From Halorarum halobium (GTDB lineage: Archaea; Halobacteriota; Halobacteria; Halobacteriales; Haloferacaceae), in NCBI RefSeq assembly GCF_032116555.1, contig NZ_CP134950.1, forward strand, positions 124,001 through 158,620: a DNA stretch of 34,620 nt, written 5' to 3'. Position 1 is the first letter of the stretch, and each line of letters opens with the position of its first letter. The position numbers and the translations under genes were made by a program. Positions 16,467-25,679 of this stretch are shown piece after piece. The notes below the pieces were generated by a model, which was given only the letters and a program-made list of their open reading frames with translations, was not told the origin of the DNA and searched no databases.

Positions 16467-18772
16467 CTACGGTAGGGGCCCCTTCTGATCCAGTAAATCA
16501 TATTTCTCCAAGACCAGATCGAAGTACATCTCGTCCATCAGCTTCGGATTCTCAACGCGATGGAAGTCGTCGAGGACAAACTTCACGTCACGACGTTCCA
16601 GGCCATACGCGTGGAATGCGGCCGCATCGATTTCAGCCTGTAATTCTCTGCGTTCTTGATCTTCTACCGCTGCCTCGATTCCGCCGAGTCGCTTACGCAT
16701 TTCTTTGAATTCTTTCCCGTAACAGTTCAATCGGGCAGCTCGTTCAGCGATATAATGGAACCAGTCATCTCCGTCGGTGAGCCGTGGTAGCTGGGATTCC
16801 AATAGCTCGCGCTTGACGATGTGCGTCTCGACTTTAGTTCGCATCAGGAAATCGAACGCAATGCTGTTCAGGAGTCCCGTTGCCACGAAGAGTTCTTGAT
16901 CCGTAAATCGCCGGACGTAGGGTGACCGAAGTGGGGACTCTGTGAGGTGTTCCTCTTTAGGCTCAATAGCGAACGGCTTGAACGTGTTAATGGTGTGGAG
17001 ACAGATGACGTCCTTCGGAAGTACCGTAGCAATTATCGTCCGCTCGTCCCGGGATCGAGAAACGTCTCGAATGCCGATTCGGTATTCAGTGCAATCGAGC
17101 AGGACATCTTCTTCCTCAAGTCCGTGACTACGGTGTTCTTCGAGTAGTTCATCTACGTATTGAACTTGAGACTTGCTCGTCTCTGAACCTCCAAAGGCGT
17201 CGTAGATTGCTCGTTTGAGGTTCCCCCGGTTGAATTTTTTCTCTCGAACACGGTACTGGGCACTATTCGGTGGATCGTACATCCCCCGACTCCAATACCG
17301 GGGGTTGTCCAAACTCTCTGTGTGGGTATTATCGTGTTCGAATTGGTGGATGTTCGCACCCCCATATACTGGATAATCAGCATTATCAGGGGAATCTTGC
17401 AATCGGTCTTTATCGGTGGACTCGACGAATTCTTTCGTCAACATATCCACAGACCAAGCACCTCCGATATTCTCATCTAGAGGTGGTTGAGTGACTACCT
17501 TGCTGAGGACATCGGCTTCGACTTGTGATGTGATCGAGGGGAAAATTCTACCCTCGGGAGAATAATTGAGAAGCACTTGTCGTGGGATTTCTGCGGCCAC
17601 GTCCTCGATATTATAGACCACGTCCATACTCCGTTGATTGAAAATACCTCGGAGTCGACTGGTCCTTCCACCATACTCAAATGTCAGAATTGCAAATCGG
17701 TACTGCCGATGTATCTGCTCAAAGATTCCCTTATTTTCGAATCCGATGAGGTTCTCTATGTCTGTGTGATCCAGTAGATGCGTTCGGAGGTCTTTCCCCA
17801 TCACTCCCCCGAAGATAGTCCCCGGGAGGAGCAGACTCACCTTCACGCCGTCTCTGGAGAGTCTGAATACCCGCTCAAGAAATAGAGCCGAAAGTTCGTT
17901 CTTTGTCGGCATCGTTCGACCCCCCACCACCGGAGATTGGAGCTTATAGACATCTCCCTGCGTGAAGAAGTCTGCCTGAGTTTCCATCGATTCCTTGTAG
18001 TCCTCCCATTCCCACGCAACTTCAGGGCTTGAGAGGAGTTCTTCCATCACACCATCTTTTTCCTCCGACGGATAGGTACGGAACTGCTCATCGTAGCGGA
18101 TGAAGAAGTCGTCGCGATTCGCGTAGAGCATGTCCCACGGCGGGTTCCCGATGAACACGTCGAATCCACCTCTCTCGAAGACATCGGCGAACTCCAACGG
18201 CCAGTGGAAGGGGGACCACTCCCGAATTTCCTCGATCGTTATGTCGTCAAAGCCAGCGTCTTGAAATTCTCGCTGAAGGATTTCATCAAATTTGTCCCGG
18301 TGTTCCTCTATTCTGTCTTCTGCCTCCTTCCGCCATTCTTGAGCTCAATACTGGTCTCCGCTTTCTTGTGCTTCTTGATGGCCTCTTTCACGTCCTCAAA
18401 ACGAGTTTTCACTTCCCAAGAATCGAGATCGCTGTCTCCGTCTTCGTTACTTTCGATGTCCGTATCGAGTTGACCAATTAGGCTGTTGCCCTGTCGTACG
18501 TTGAAATCGATGTTGGGGAGCGGCTCCACCTCGCTCGGTTCATCCTCGATATCAGCGACCATCGACAACCAGAGCCTGAGCTTGCAAATCTCAACAGCAC
18601 CTTCGTCGATATCGACTCCGTACAAATTGTTGAGTATGGCCGTTCGCTTTGCGTACAGTGATGAGGAGCCTTTTCCAGACTCGATTTCCTCAATCTCTTC
18701 TCGCGTTCTGGATTCTAGCTCCCAGCCTTGCCCTTCAGCTTCGAGCCGCTGGAAATACTCAATGCATTGCAT
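16467..18772 (-). pseudogene. Silent alternative C-terminal cassette (catalytic NPPW + target-recognition region) of the Eco57I-like methyltransferase, with a 1-bp frameshift at ~18344
   Basis: Starts at MQCIEYFQRLEAEGQGWELES, identical to an internal part of the 18935-22558 gene, and lacks that gene's N-terminal ~435 aa including motif I. ORFs 18308-18775 and 16467-18197 join if one base is added at ~18344 (giving SIEAQEWRKEAEDRIEE...SPFHWPLEFADVFERGGFDVFIGNPPW). Colinear with the full gene to its end. Confidence 0.88.
18717..18772 (-). repeat. 56-bp perfect inverted repeat, left copy (putative inversion site)
   Basis: Its reverse complement, ATGCAATGCATTGAGTATTTCCAGCGGCTCGAAGCTGAAGGGCAAGGCTGGGAGCT, is identical to 20240-20295. 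Confidence 0.95.
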
Positions 18773-18934
18773 CAACTGAGCGTCTCGCTATTGGCTGTTT
18801 TCGACTTGATTTACGAATGCTCGTGAAATGCGAGCTGCTTCTTGCATACTACGCAACGGGAGGATTGACCAGTTCAGTCGAAAGTCACCCTCGTATCCAT
18901 CATTTTCATATGAGTAAAGCAACTTTCAGGTGGT

Positions 18935-21900
18935 ATGACTCTCCAGCAGATCACCGCATCCGATATCGCGGGCTGGGACTCTTTACAGGATATAGCGAAC
19001 TCCTTTGAAAAACGCGGGCTCAAACCACGCCCGAAACTTGGGGGCGATAACGAACTCGTAGTCCAGCTTGATGATGACGAATTCATCGTCATCGTCAATG
19101 CTGGCCCCGGTGAGACTGCCACGGACTTCAAACCGGAAAATCGCTCACGGCATACCAACCTCGTTGCCACCAACGATTTCGAGACCTTCACCTTCATTAC
19201 GCGAGTCCGAAGCTGGGAGGGGCAGCAGCACGGTCGAATTAAGCATCAAAAGATTTCGTTCTCGAAGGAGCAGTTCACGCGGGACAGCGGAGAGAAGAAC
19301 ACTATTCTCCAGAAGCTGAACTCGATCGAGTACGGTTCCTCTGCTGCGATATACGATACGCTCTACGACACGCAACAGGTCGTCAAAGAGTTTTATGAAC
19401 AGTTCGAGGAACTCCGGACGGATCTCATTCAAGAGGTCACGGGCATTCCCGACGACCGTGGTGACGCGAAGCAACGATATGTGCAGGTCATTCTTGACCG
19501 GATGATATTCCTATACTTCATCCAAGAAAAGCGCCTCCTTGATCGGAACCCGAACTACCTTCACGAACAGCCGAATGAAGTCGTTGACGAGGGCGGTGAC
19601 CACTACGAAGAGTTCTACGAACCGCTCTTCTTCGAATACCTCGCAGAAGACAAGCAGAACCCTGATTTCGGTAGTCTTCCGTACTTGAACGGTGGCTTGT
19701 TCGCAAGGAATCCTGTCGAAGAGGAGTTCCAGGACGCGAAGTTAGGTGGCCCTGCCGAGAAAACGAACGAGCTCTTCGACGATATCCTCGACTTCCTCTC
19801 CGACTGGAACTGGAACGTAGACGAACGACTCGATATCGTCGATCCCAAGAACCTCTCCCCAGCGATATTGGGCCACATCTTCGAGCAAACGGTCAATCAG
19901 AAGGAGATGGGGGCGTACTACACACCGGAAGAAATCACGGGGTTCATGGCCCGACGGACGATCCATCCATATCTGCTCGATCAACTCAACGAGGCTGTGG
20001 ACGCAGACTACGACGAGATCGACAATGTGTTCGGATTCCCCGTGCCCGAGGCAGATAGTAGCGCAGGAGCTGTTGCCGATGGTGGAACTATAACTCAGCA
20101 AGTTCCAACGGGAAACGTCCAGACCAGCCATGTGGAGACTCTATACCACGACATTCTGAAGGAAGCACACATTCTCGATCCCGCCGTAGGAAGTGGCGCC
20201 TTCCTGCTCGCCGCACAGGAGGTGCTGATGGACCTATACATGCAATGCATTGAGTATTTCCAGCGGCTCGAAGCTGAAGGGCAAGGCTGGGAGCTGGAGA
20301 GTCGTAGTCGTGAGGAATTAGAACGTATCGAGGGTGGGCATGGTGGGGAGTCGCTATACGCCAAACGCTCGATTATTCTGGATAATCTCTACGGGGTGGA
20401 TATCGACGAGGGCGCTGTGGAGATCTGTAAACTCCGTTTGTGGCTCTCGATGGTTGCGGATATCGAAGACGAGCCAGGGGAGGTCGAACCGCTCCCGAAT
20501 ATTGATTTCAACATACGGCAGGGGAACAGTCTAATTGGATTTACAGATCTCATCGAAACCGTCAATGAACAGGGTGATACCTCACTCACAAACTATGGAA
20601 TCGGTGAAGAAACACCGGTTAGCGAGTATTATGAGGACGTAATCCACGCTCAGCGGAAACACAAACGGGCAAATTCCTCAAAAGAAGCAACCAACGCCCG
20701 TCGTCAGGCAGAGTCGCTCATCACCAGCTACAGTCAGAATCTGGACAACAAGGTGCTAGATGAGTTCCATAATGCCGGCGCTGAAATCACTCTGGATCAA
20801 GTTCAAGAATTCCACCCCTTTCATTGGATTCTCGAATTCGCGCTAGTCTACGACCAGGGAGGTTTTGATCTTATTATCGGGAATCCTCCTTGGGACCAGC
20901 TTCGAGCGAGTCGCGATGATTACTTCGTCAAGTTTGATGAGCAGTTCCGGTCCCGGATGCCTTCGAATAAGGACGAGATGCAGAAACAGCTGCTGGAAGA
21001 CGAGGAGATTGCCGAGGGATGGGAGGAGTATCAAGAGCAGATAGAGAAGCAAATGCGGTACTTCACTGATGGTTCTGAATACATCCTCCAGAAACCTGTT
21101 ATTGATGGACGGAAGGATCCAAATGAAAACAATCTTGCGGCACTCTTCTTTGAGAGATTGTTCGAACTCGTGAGCGACGAGGGGTATGTAGCGCAAGTTC
21201 TACCCGGAGTGATCTTCAGTGGCTCTTTCTCGAAAGATCTCCGGATGAAACTTTTGAATGATGCGGAAATACAGTCGTTGGTTGGCTTCGAGAATCATGG
21301 AATATTCGGTGATCTTCATCGACAGTATCAGTTCGCTGTTCTCACGTTCAAGAACCAGGGGGAGTCGGAGCAAATCAAGGGAATATTCGATCAACATGAT
21401 GTTTCTGTCCTCCGTCATTTCGACGAAAAAGCGGTTGAGATCCCACGAGAAGTACTAACCCAATATTCGTTGAAAGCGCGGATATTCCCCAATATTACCC
21501 ATCCTGAGGAAGTGGGTATCTTGGAGAGTATTGTCTCACACCCTCCGTTGGGAGAAAAAATCGACAATAAATGGAACGTCACTCCGCACCGTGAACTGGA
21601 TCGATCACGGGCGTCTGACCGCTTCGTCGAAGAGGAAAATGAAGGTGACTACCCTGTGTACGGTGGAGCAAACATTCACCAGTTCCAGCACGACAATACG
21701 TTCGATTCGAGTCTTGATTCCCCTTCACTATGGAGTGTCGATGAAGATCAGCCTGATCTGAGCGCTAAATACCGTGTTCGGGAACGGGCGTACAACGGTG
21801 GAACGCCGAAAAAGGACATATACGAAGCGTTTGGTGGACCGAAGACCAGCAAATCACAGAAGGGATTCGTCAACGATCTTCTTCAGGAACACCGTGGACA

Positions 21901-22558
21901 GGACCTCTGTATGGATGACCTCCTTCCAGACTTCACGGAATACCGGATTATCTACCGAGATATCGCCCGACCTACCGACGAACGGACAATGATTTCGACT
22001 GTGTTACCCAAAGGGCTCGTTTGTGTTCACACACTCCAGACATTTTCGCCATATGAAGTCAATCCGGAGCAGGACGATCTCTCAGAGTATCCCCTGCGTT
22101 CAATCTATGAACGTGCCTACGATGACAAGGAACTGTTCGTCATCACCGGTTTACTGAACAGCATTCCGTTCGATTACCTAATGCGGACGAAGGTCGATTC
22201 ACACATTGTCCGGTTCAAACTGGAAGAATCACAGGTCCCGCGTCTCACAGAGGGCGACAACTGGTTCCACTATATTTCTGACCGGGCGGCCCGACTCAAC
22301 TGCTACGGTAAGGAGTTCGAGGAGATGCGGGAACGGCTCGGCGGAATTGATCCCGCTAAAGAGGAATCAGAGCGTCGGCGACTTCAGGCCGAAGTTGATG
22401 CAGCTTCTTTCCACGCCTACGGACTCGATAGGGAGGAAATGCAGTTCGTTCTTGATGACTTTCATCGGGTGTCGAATCCTCGAATTATGACGGAAGCGTA
22501 CTTCGAGAAGGTCGCTGAGAAATACACTCATCTTGGAGACGTAGGGCCAATGGAGTAA
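18935..22558 (+). CDS. Eco57I-like (type IIG-like) N6-adenine DNA methyltransferase with C-terminal specificity region
   Basis: PYLNGGLF, ILGHIFE, GAYYTP, motif I ILDPAVGSGAFL, NLYGVDI, LPNIDFNIRQGNSLIG, motif IV GFDLIIGNPPW, and a C-terminal TRD-like region (YRDIARPTDERTMI; LNSIPFDY). Confidence 0.92.
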   Translation: MTLQQITASDIAGWDSLQDIANSFEKRGLKPRPKLGGDNELVVQLDDDEFIVIVNAGPGETATDFKPENRSRHTNLVATNDFETFTFITRVRSWEGQQHGRIKHQKISFSKEQFTRDSGEKNTILQKLNSIEYGSSAAIYDTLYDTQQVVKEFYEQFEELRTDLIQEVTGIPDDRGDAKQRYVQVILDRMIFLYFIQEKRLLDRNPNYLHEQPNEVVDEGGDHYEEFYEPLFFEYLAEDKQNPDFGSLPYLNGGLFARNPVEEEFQDAKLGGPAEKTNELFDDILDFLSDWNWNVDERLDIVDPKNLSPAILGHIFEQTVNQKEMGAYYTPEEITGFMARRTIHPYLLDQLNEAVDADYDEIDNVFGFPVPEADSSAGAVADGGTITQQVPTGNVQTSHVETLYHDILKEAHILDPAVGSGAFLLAAQEVLMDLYMQCIEYFQRLEAEGQGWELESRSREELERIEGGHGGESLYAKRSIILDNLYGVDIDEGAVEICKLRLWLSMVADIEDEPGEVEPLPNIDFNIRQGNSLIGFTDLIETVNEQGDTSLTNYGIGEETPVSEYYEDVIHAQRKHKRANSSKEATNARRQAESLITSYSQNLDNKVLDEFHNAGAEITLDQVQEFHPFHWILEFALVYDQGGFDLIIGNPPWDQLRASRDDYFVKFDEQFRSRMPSNKDEMQKQLLEDEEIAEGWEEYQEQIEKQMRYFTDGSEYILQKPVIDGRKDPNENNLAALFFERLFELVSDEGYVAQVLPGVIFSGSFSKDLRMKLLNDAEIQSLVGFENHGIFGDLHRQYQFAVLTFKNQGESEQIKGIFDQHDVSVLRHFDEKAVEIPREVLTQYSLKARIFPNITHPEEVGILESIVSHPPLGEKIDNKWNVTPHRELDRSRASDRFVEEENEGDYPVYGGANIHQFQHDNTFDSSLDSPSLWSVDEDQPDLSAKYRVRERAYNGGTPKKDIYEAFGGPKTSKSQKGFVNDLLQEHRGQDLCMDDLLPDFTEYRIIYRDIARPTDERTMISTVLPKGLVCVHTLQTFSPYEVNPEQDDLSEYPLRSIYERAYDDKELFVITGLLNSIPFDYLMRTKVDSHIVRFKLEESQVPRLTEGDNWFHYISDRAARLNCYGKEFEEMRERLGGIDPAKEESERRRLQAEVDAASFHAYGLDREEMQFVLDDFHRVSNPRIMTEAYFEKVAEKYTHLGDVGPME
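20240..20295 (+). repeat. 56-bp perfect inverted repeat, right copy, inside the methyltransferase gene
   Basis: Identical to the reverse complement of 18717-18772. Contains the palindrome CAATGCATTG (20243-20252). Lies just downstream of motif I. Confidence 0.95.
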
Positions 22559-22606
22559 CTTCTTAGCTAGCACTACGCCGGTTCATGAATGTTAGTCCAT
22601 TCAGGC

Positions 22607-23278
22607 TTACTGATGAATGCTGTCCAGCGCTCGTCGGGTCATCGCTCCGTCGACATTCAGATATTGACGTGCCGTGGTGATGTCCTCCCACCCGAACATT
22701 GCTCGGAGAGCGGGAAGATCTAAGCCTCTTCCGGCGTGATAAGACGCTGCTGTTGCACGTAATCCATGTAATGAGGTTGCGTCGTTAGACAATTCTGGGG
22801 ACCGTTCCAAGGCAGTTTCCAGTCGCCGCTGTAAGGTCGAGAACGAATACGGCCAGCCGCCATGTTCGTCAAGTAGTAATTCAACCGCGACTCGGACTCG
22901 ATACGAAAAGTGGTACGGAACAGTTCGGGAAGCGGCTTCCGTTTTCGGGAGCCAATAACGCTCAGCAAAGCTCTGGAAATCTGTATTGGGATTGTGTTCC
23001 AGCCGTTGTTTCACCGCCTGTCGACAGTATCCACAGATACCGCCATCTCTCCCCTTCGTACAGTTTTGCTGTGTGGGAATCTGGATCATCTGCCGCTCTC
23101 GATCAACCCACGATTTCGACAAGTGCGTTGTTTCTCCTGGTCTAAGTCCAAGACGGCCTCCAAGGAGAATGGCCGCTCGTGTTTCGAGTCTCTGTTGTGT
23201 ATCATCTATACGCCCAGCACCTTCTAACAGTAGTTCGAACTCGCGTTCGCTAAGGGCCCTCTCTCGTGTTGCTACCAT
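22607..23278 (-). CDS. Small tyrosine recombinase/integrase (catalytic domain only, with Cys-rich insert)
   Basis: LGLRPGE (R), KT, HGLRATAAS (HxxR), MFGW, ARQY (Y); insert NCTKGRDGGICGYC. Start uncertain (ATG 23278 or 23284, or TTG 23302). Confidence 0.9.
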   Translation of the reverse strand: MVATRERALSEREFELLLEGAGRIDDTQQRLETRAAILLGGRLGLRPGETTHLSKSWVDRERQMIQIPTQQNCTKGRDGGICGYCRQAVKQRLEHNPNTDFQSFAERYWLPKTEAASRTVPYHFSYRVRVAVELLLDEHGGWPYSFSTLQRRLETALERSPELSNDATSLHGLRATAASYHAGRGLDLPALRAMFGWEDITTARQYLNVDGAMTRRALDSIHQ

Positions 23279-23409
23279 ATCCATCGCTGTCTGTCGATAC
23301 AAAGATAATCCGCTTCTTCTTCGAGTGGCAAGGTGAATCGGTTCACTGCCGCCAGAATTGCCGTCTGATATGACAGGAAATACTTATGGGTGCCCTCCGG
23401 ACGAAGCGT

Positions 23410-23976
23410 ATGGGACTCTTTGAGACCTTATTTAGCTCATCCACTGGGGATACTGTCCCTCAGGCACAGCAACCGAGTCAGCACGAAATCTTCCCCGAGG
23501 ACAAGTACAATGTCGCATACGCTGTAGCCGCTCGGCCTGAAGAAATTCGGGCGTTAGAACATCTTCTAGAAGCGGATCAGACCTCACCGACCGCCCTGGA
23601 GGCTGAGCCTTTTCTTCAGGATATAATCGAAGATATGGAACGGGATCGGGAATACTCCCTCCGCCTTCGCACCTCTGGAGAGGAGCTCGTCGACGATATC
23701 CGTGAACTCATAGAGCATTGGGACAATCAGGTAGATGAGCAGATAGGGACGATTTGGTGGCCTATCGGAGCAGATACGACCTTTAGGTTGTACCTCCATT
23801 ATCTGGAACTCCGTGCTGACGCGGAAGATGACCAATTTTCGTTCCCGGAGTCTGCTGGACAGGTTCACACTCTCGTCCAGCGTGGTCTTAGTGCAATAGA
23901 AGATGATGACGACTCGAAACTCGCTGTAGTCCACAAGCGAGACATTCCTTGGGAAGAACCAGCTGAGGACAGCTGA
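23410..23976 (+). CDS. Hypothetical acidic protein (copy 1; paralogue at 33863-34431)
   Basis: Open frame MGLFETLFSSS...VVHKRDIPWEE. Conservation with the second copy, mostly synonymous changes, supports coding status and the ATG 23410 start. Confidence 0.75.
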   Translation: MGLFETLFSSSTGDTVPQAQQPSQHEIFPEDKYNVAYAVAARPEEIRALEHLLEADQTSPTALEAEPFLQDIIEDMERDREYSLRLRTSGEELVDDIRELIEHWDNQVDEQIGTIWWPIGADTTFRLYLHYLELRADAEDDQFSFPESAGQVHTLVQRGLSAIEDDDDSKLAVVHKRDIPWEEPAEDS

Positions 23977-24033
23977 TCCAGTTCGCTCCTTCTCAAAGAG
24001 ACCGATTAATTGTATCCAGTATCAAACCCAGCT

Positions 24034-24468
24034 ATGGTAGAAATCTCAGACTCCCTGTGTTCGCTGTTCACTGCGAAAATTAAGAAGGAGGATGGCACAT
24101 TCGTCATCGAGATTCCACCGAGTGAGATCAAGCATGGGGCGCTGACTGTTGATGAAACGTACCGCATCGCTCTTCTTGATTCATCCTCCGAAGCTGAATC
24201 AACATCTCCACAGAGCCCACGGCATCCCGCCTCTCAGGGGAGCACGAGCCATGATTCATCTGGTCCTCCTGTTGATGAGGGAGAAGTGCGCGACGTGACA
24301 ATCGAAACCGTCGGTGATCAGGGCGATGGTATCGCAAAAGTCGAACGGGGGTACGTCGTGATCGTTCCCGGCGCTCAGCCCGGCGACGAGCCAACAGTCG
24401 AAATCGAACAAGTTCAGGAGAACGTCGCGTTTGCGAGCATTGTCGATAGCGATCCGCGAGCACTCTAA
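24034..24468 (+). CDS. TRAM-domain protein (haloarchaeal type)
   Basis: PPVDEGEVRDVTIETVGDQGDGIAKVERGYVVIVPGAQPGDEPTVEIEQVQENVAFA; likely start MVEISDSL. Confidence 0.88.
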   Translation: MVEISDSLCSLFTAKIKKEDGTFVIEIPPSEIKHGALTVDETYRIALLDSSSEAESTSPQSPRHPASQGSTSHDSSGPPVDEGEVRDVTIETVGDQGDGIAKVERGYVVIVPGAQPGDEPTVEIEQVQENVAFASIVDSDPRAL

Positions 24469-24592
24469 CCTGTTGTCCCTTCTGTGGATCGGTCTTCTTC
24501 TCGGTAAACCATCGGTGTGAGAAGGCTCCGTTCGCGTTTGTCTGATGGAGGTGGTTCTGAAAGTCACGTCACGTTCTCTTCACGCGCTCGCG

Positions 24593-24898
24593 ATGGCACA
24601 ACCCTCCAAAGCCGAAATACAATCTATGACAAAGGAGCCGATTGAGGTACTCGACGACCTGGCCAACCAGGTCGCCGATGAGTTCGAGGCGTATAGACAG
24701 CCGGACGAATTCAAGGATGTCTCGCTCGTGATTGAGAACAGCGACGAGGAGCGTCCGACGCTAATCGTCCACGTCGATAGGGAGGATGCGGAGGCTCTTG
24801 CCGACCGCATTGATGAGTTCCTCCGCGAGCACGGTGCTCGTACTGAACGGGAACGACACTCAGCTACGGATGTCCGTGTGTTAGCGACGGTCGACTGA
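24593..24898 (+). CDS. Hypothetical small acidic protein
   Basis: Acidic open frame followed by a T-run (about 24914-24919) consistent with an archaeal terminator. Start uncertain. Confidence 0.6.
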   Translation: MAQPSKAEIQSMTKEPIEVLDDLANQVADEFEAYRQPDEFKDVSLVIENSDEERPTLIVHVDREDAEALADRIDEFLREHGARTERERHSATDVRVLATVD

Positions 24899-24983
24899 CA
24901 ACCACCCCTCCAATTTTTTGACTGACTGCAAGCACCGCTGAAGGGCCTTATCTTCACTTCTGGTCAAGGGAGTCCCGACCGAT

Positions 24984-25679
24984 TCAGCTCAGGTGGTCAA
25001 TCTGTGCAGACAGATACTCTTGGAGACCGGTGACCGTTTCTTCTGAGACAGCTGAGGCCCCGAAGTCACTCCGAAATCCGTGCTTGAGTTCGTCGCTCTC
25101 CAAGATATCCAGTCCACGCTCAAGTTGCTCCCGTAGGGCATTGTCGTCCCCTCGCCGCAGATGGGGCGTGACAGCGTTGAGGTCGATCTCTTCAGCCACT
25201 GCCAGGACGTCTCGGAGGTCCGTTTCTCGGCCACTGTGGAGCTTTGCCGCCACGAGGACGGCCCCATCGATGACTCTGGCCGTCGTCGTCACTGTGCCCC
25301 CGCTCACCTCCTGTTGGTGGCTGTGGTCGTACAGGTAGTCGAACGACCACTGTGCCTCCGTCTGGCGACACCCGAGTCCGTTTACCAGGAGATCGAAGCC
25401 GATCGGCTGTTGCGGCGTGAGCCGCTTTTCGTACTCGATTACTTCGGTGTCGTAGAACCATTTCTTGGCGTGACTGTCCGTTTCCTCGAATCCCTGCTGT
25501 TCGAGGAACTCGACGAAGTCAGCCTTGAAGTCCGGCGCGACGACGATATCGAGGTCCGTGGAGAAGCGAGCATTGAACGCTGAGACAGCGTAGCCGCCAA
25601 CAAGAACGTACTCGTGACCCTGTTGGGTGAGCTCCTCGAGCAGCTCGATGAGTGCGTCACTTCGGTTGTTGAAGCTCAT
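24984..25679 (-). CDS. Nucleotidyltransferase, AbiEii/type IV TA toxin-like
   Basis: YVLVGGYAV...RFSTDLDIVV (GG...R.S.DLD) and LVAAKLHSGRETDLRD. Overlaps the upstream HTH gene by 4 bp (ATGA). Confidence 0.78.
   Translation of the reverse strand: MSFNNRSDALIELLEELTQQGHEYVLVGGYAVSAFNARFSTDLDIVVAPDFKADFVEFLEQQGFEETDSHAKKWFYDTEVIEYEKRLTPQQPIGFDLLVNGLGCRQTEAQWSFDYLYDHSHQQEVSGGTVTTTARVIDGAVLVAAKLHSGRETDLRDVLAVAEEIDLNAVTPHLRRGDDNALREQLERGLDILESDELKHGFRSDFGASAVSEETVTGLQEYLSAQIDHLS

Noticed and set aside
16467..18197. Treating the 576-aa ORF as an independent functional methyltransferase
   Set aside because: It has NPPW but no SAM-binding motif I, starts at an internal TTG, and continues upstream through a frameshift into the 18308-18775 fragment.
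12652..22558. Assignment as a complete BREX or DISARM system
   Set aside because: No pglZ, brxC or brxA, and no drmA or drmB, in the window; only a helicase-PLD and an MTase are present.
22559..23409. tRNA or att site next to the tyrosine recombinase
   Set aside because: No tRNA-like sequence or direct-repeat att core was recognised on either side within the window.
24938..24947. GCTGAAGGGC, a 10-bp match to part of the 56-bp inversion repeat
   Set aside because: Too short; such a match is expected by chance in 35 kb and the flanks do not match.
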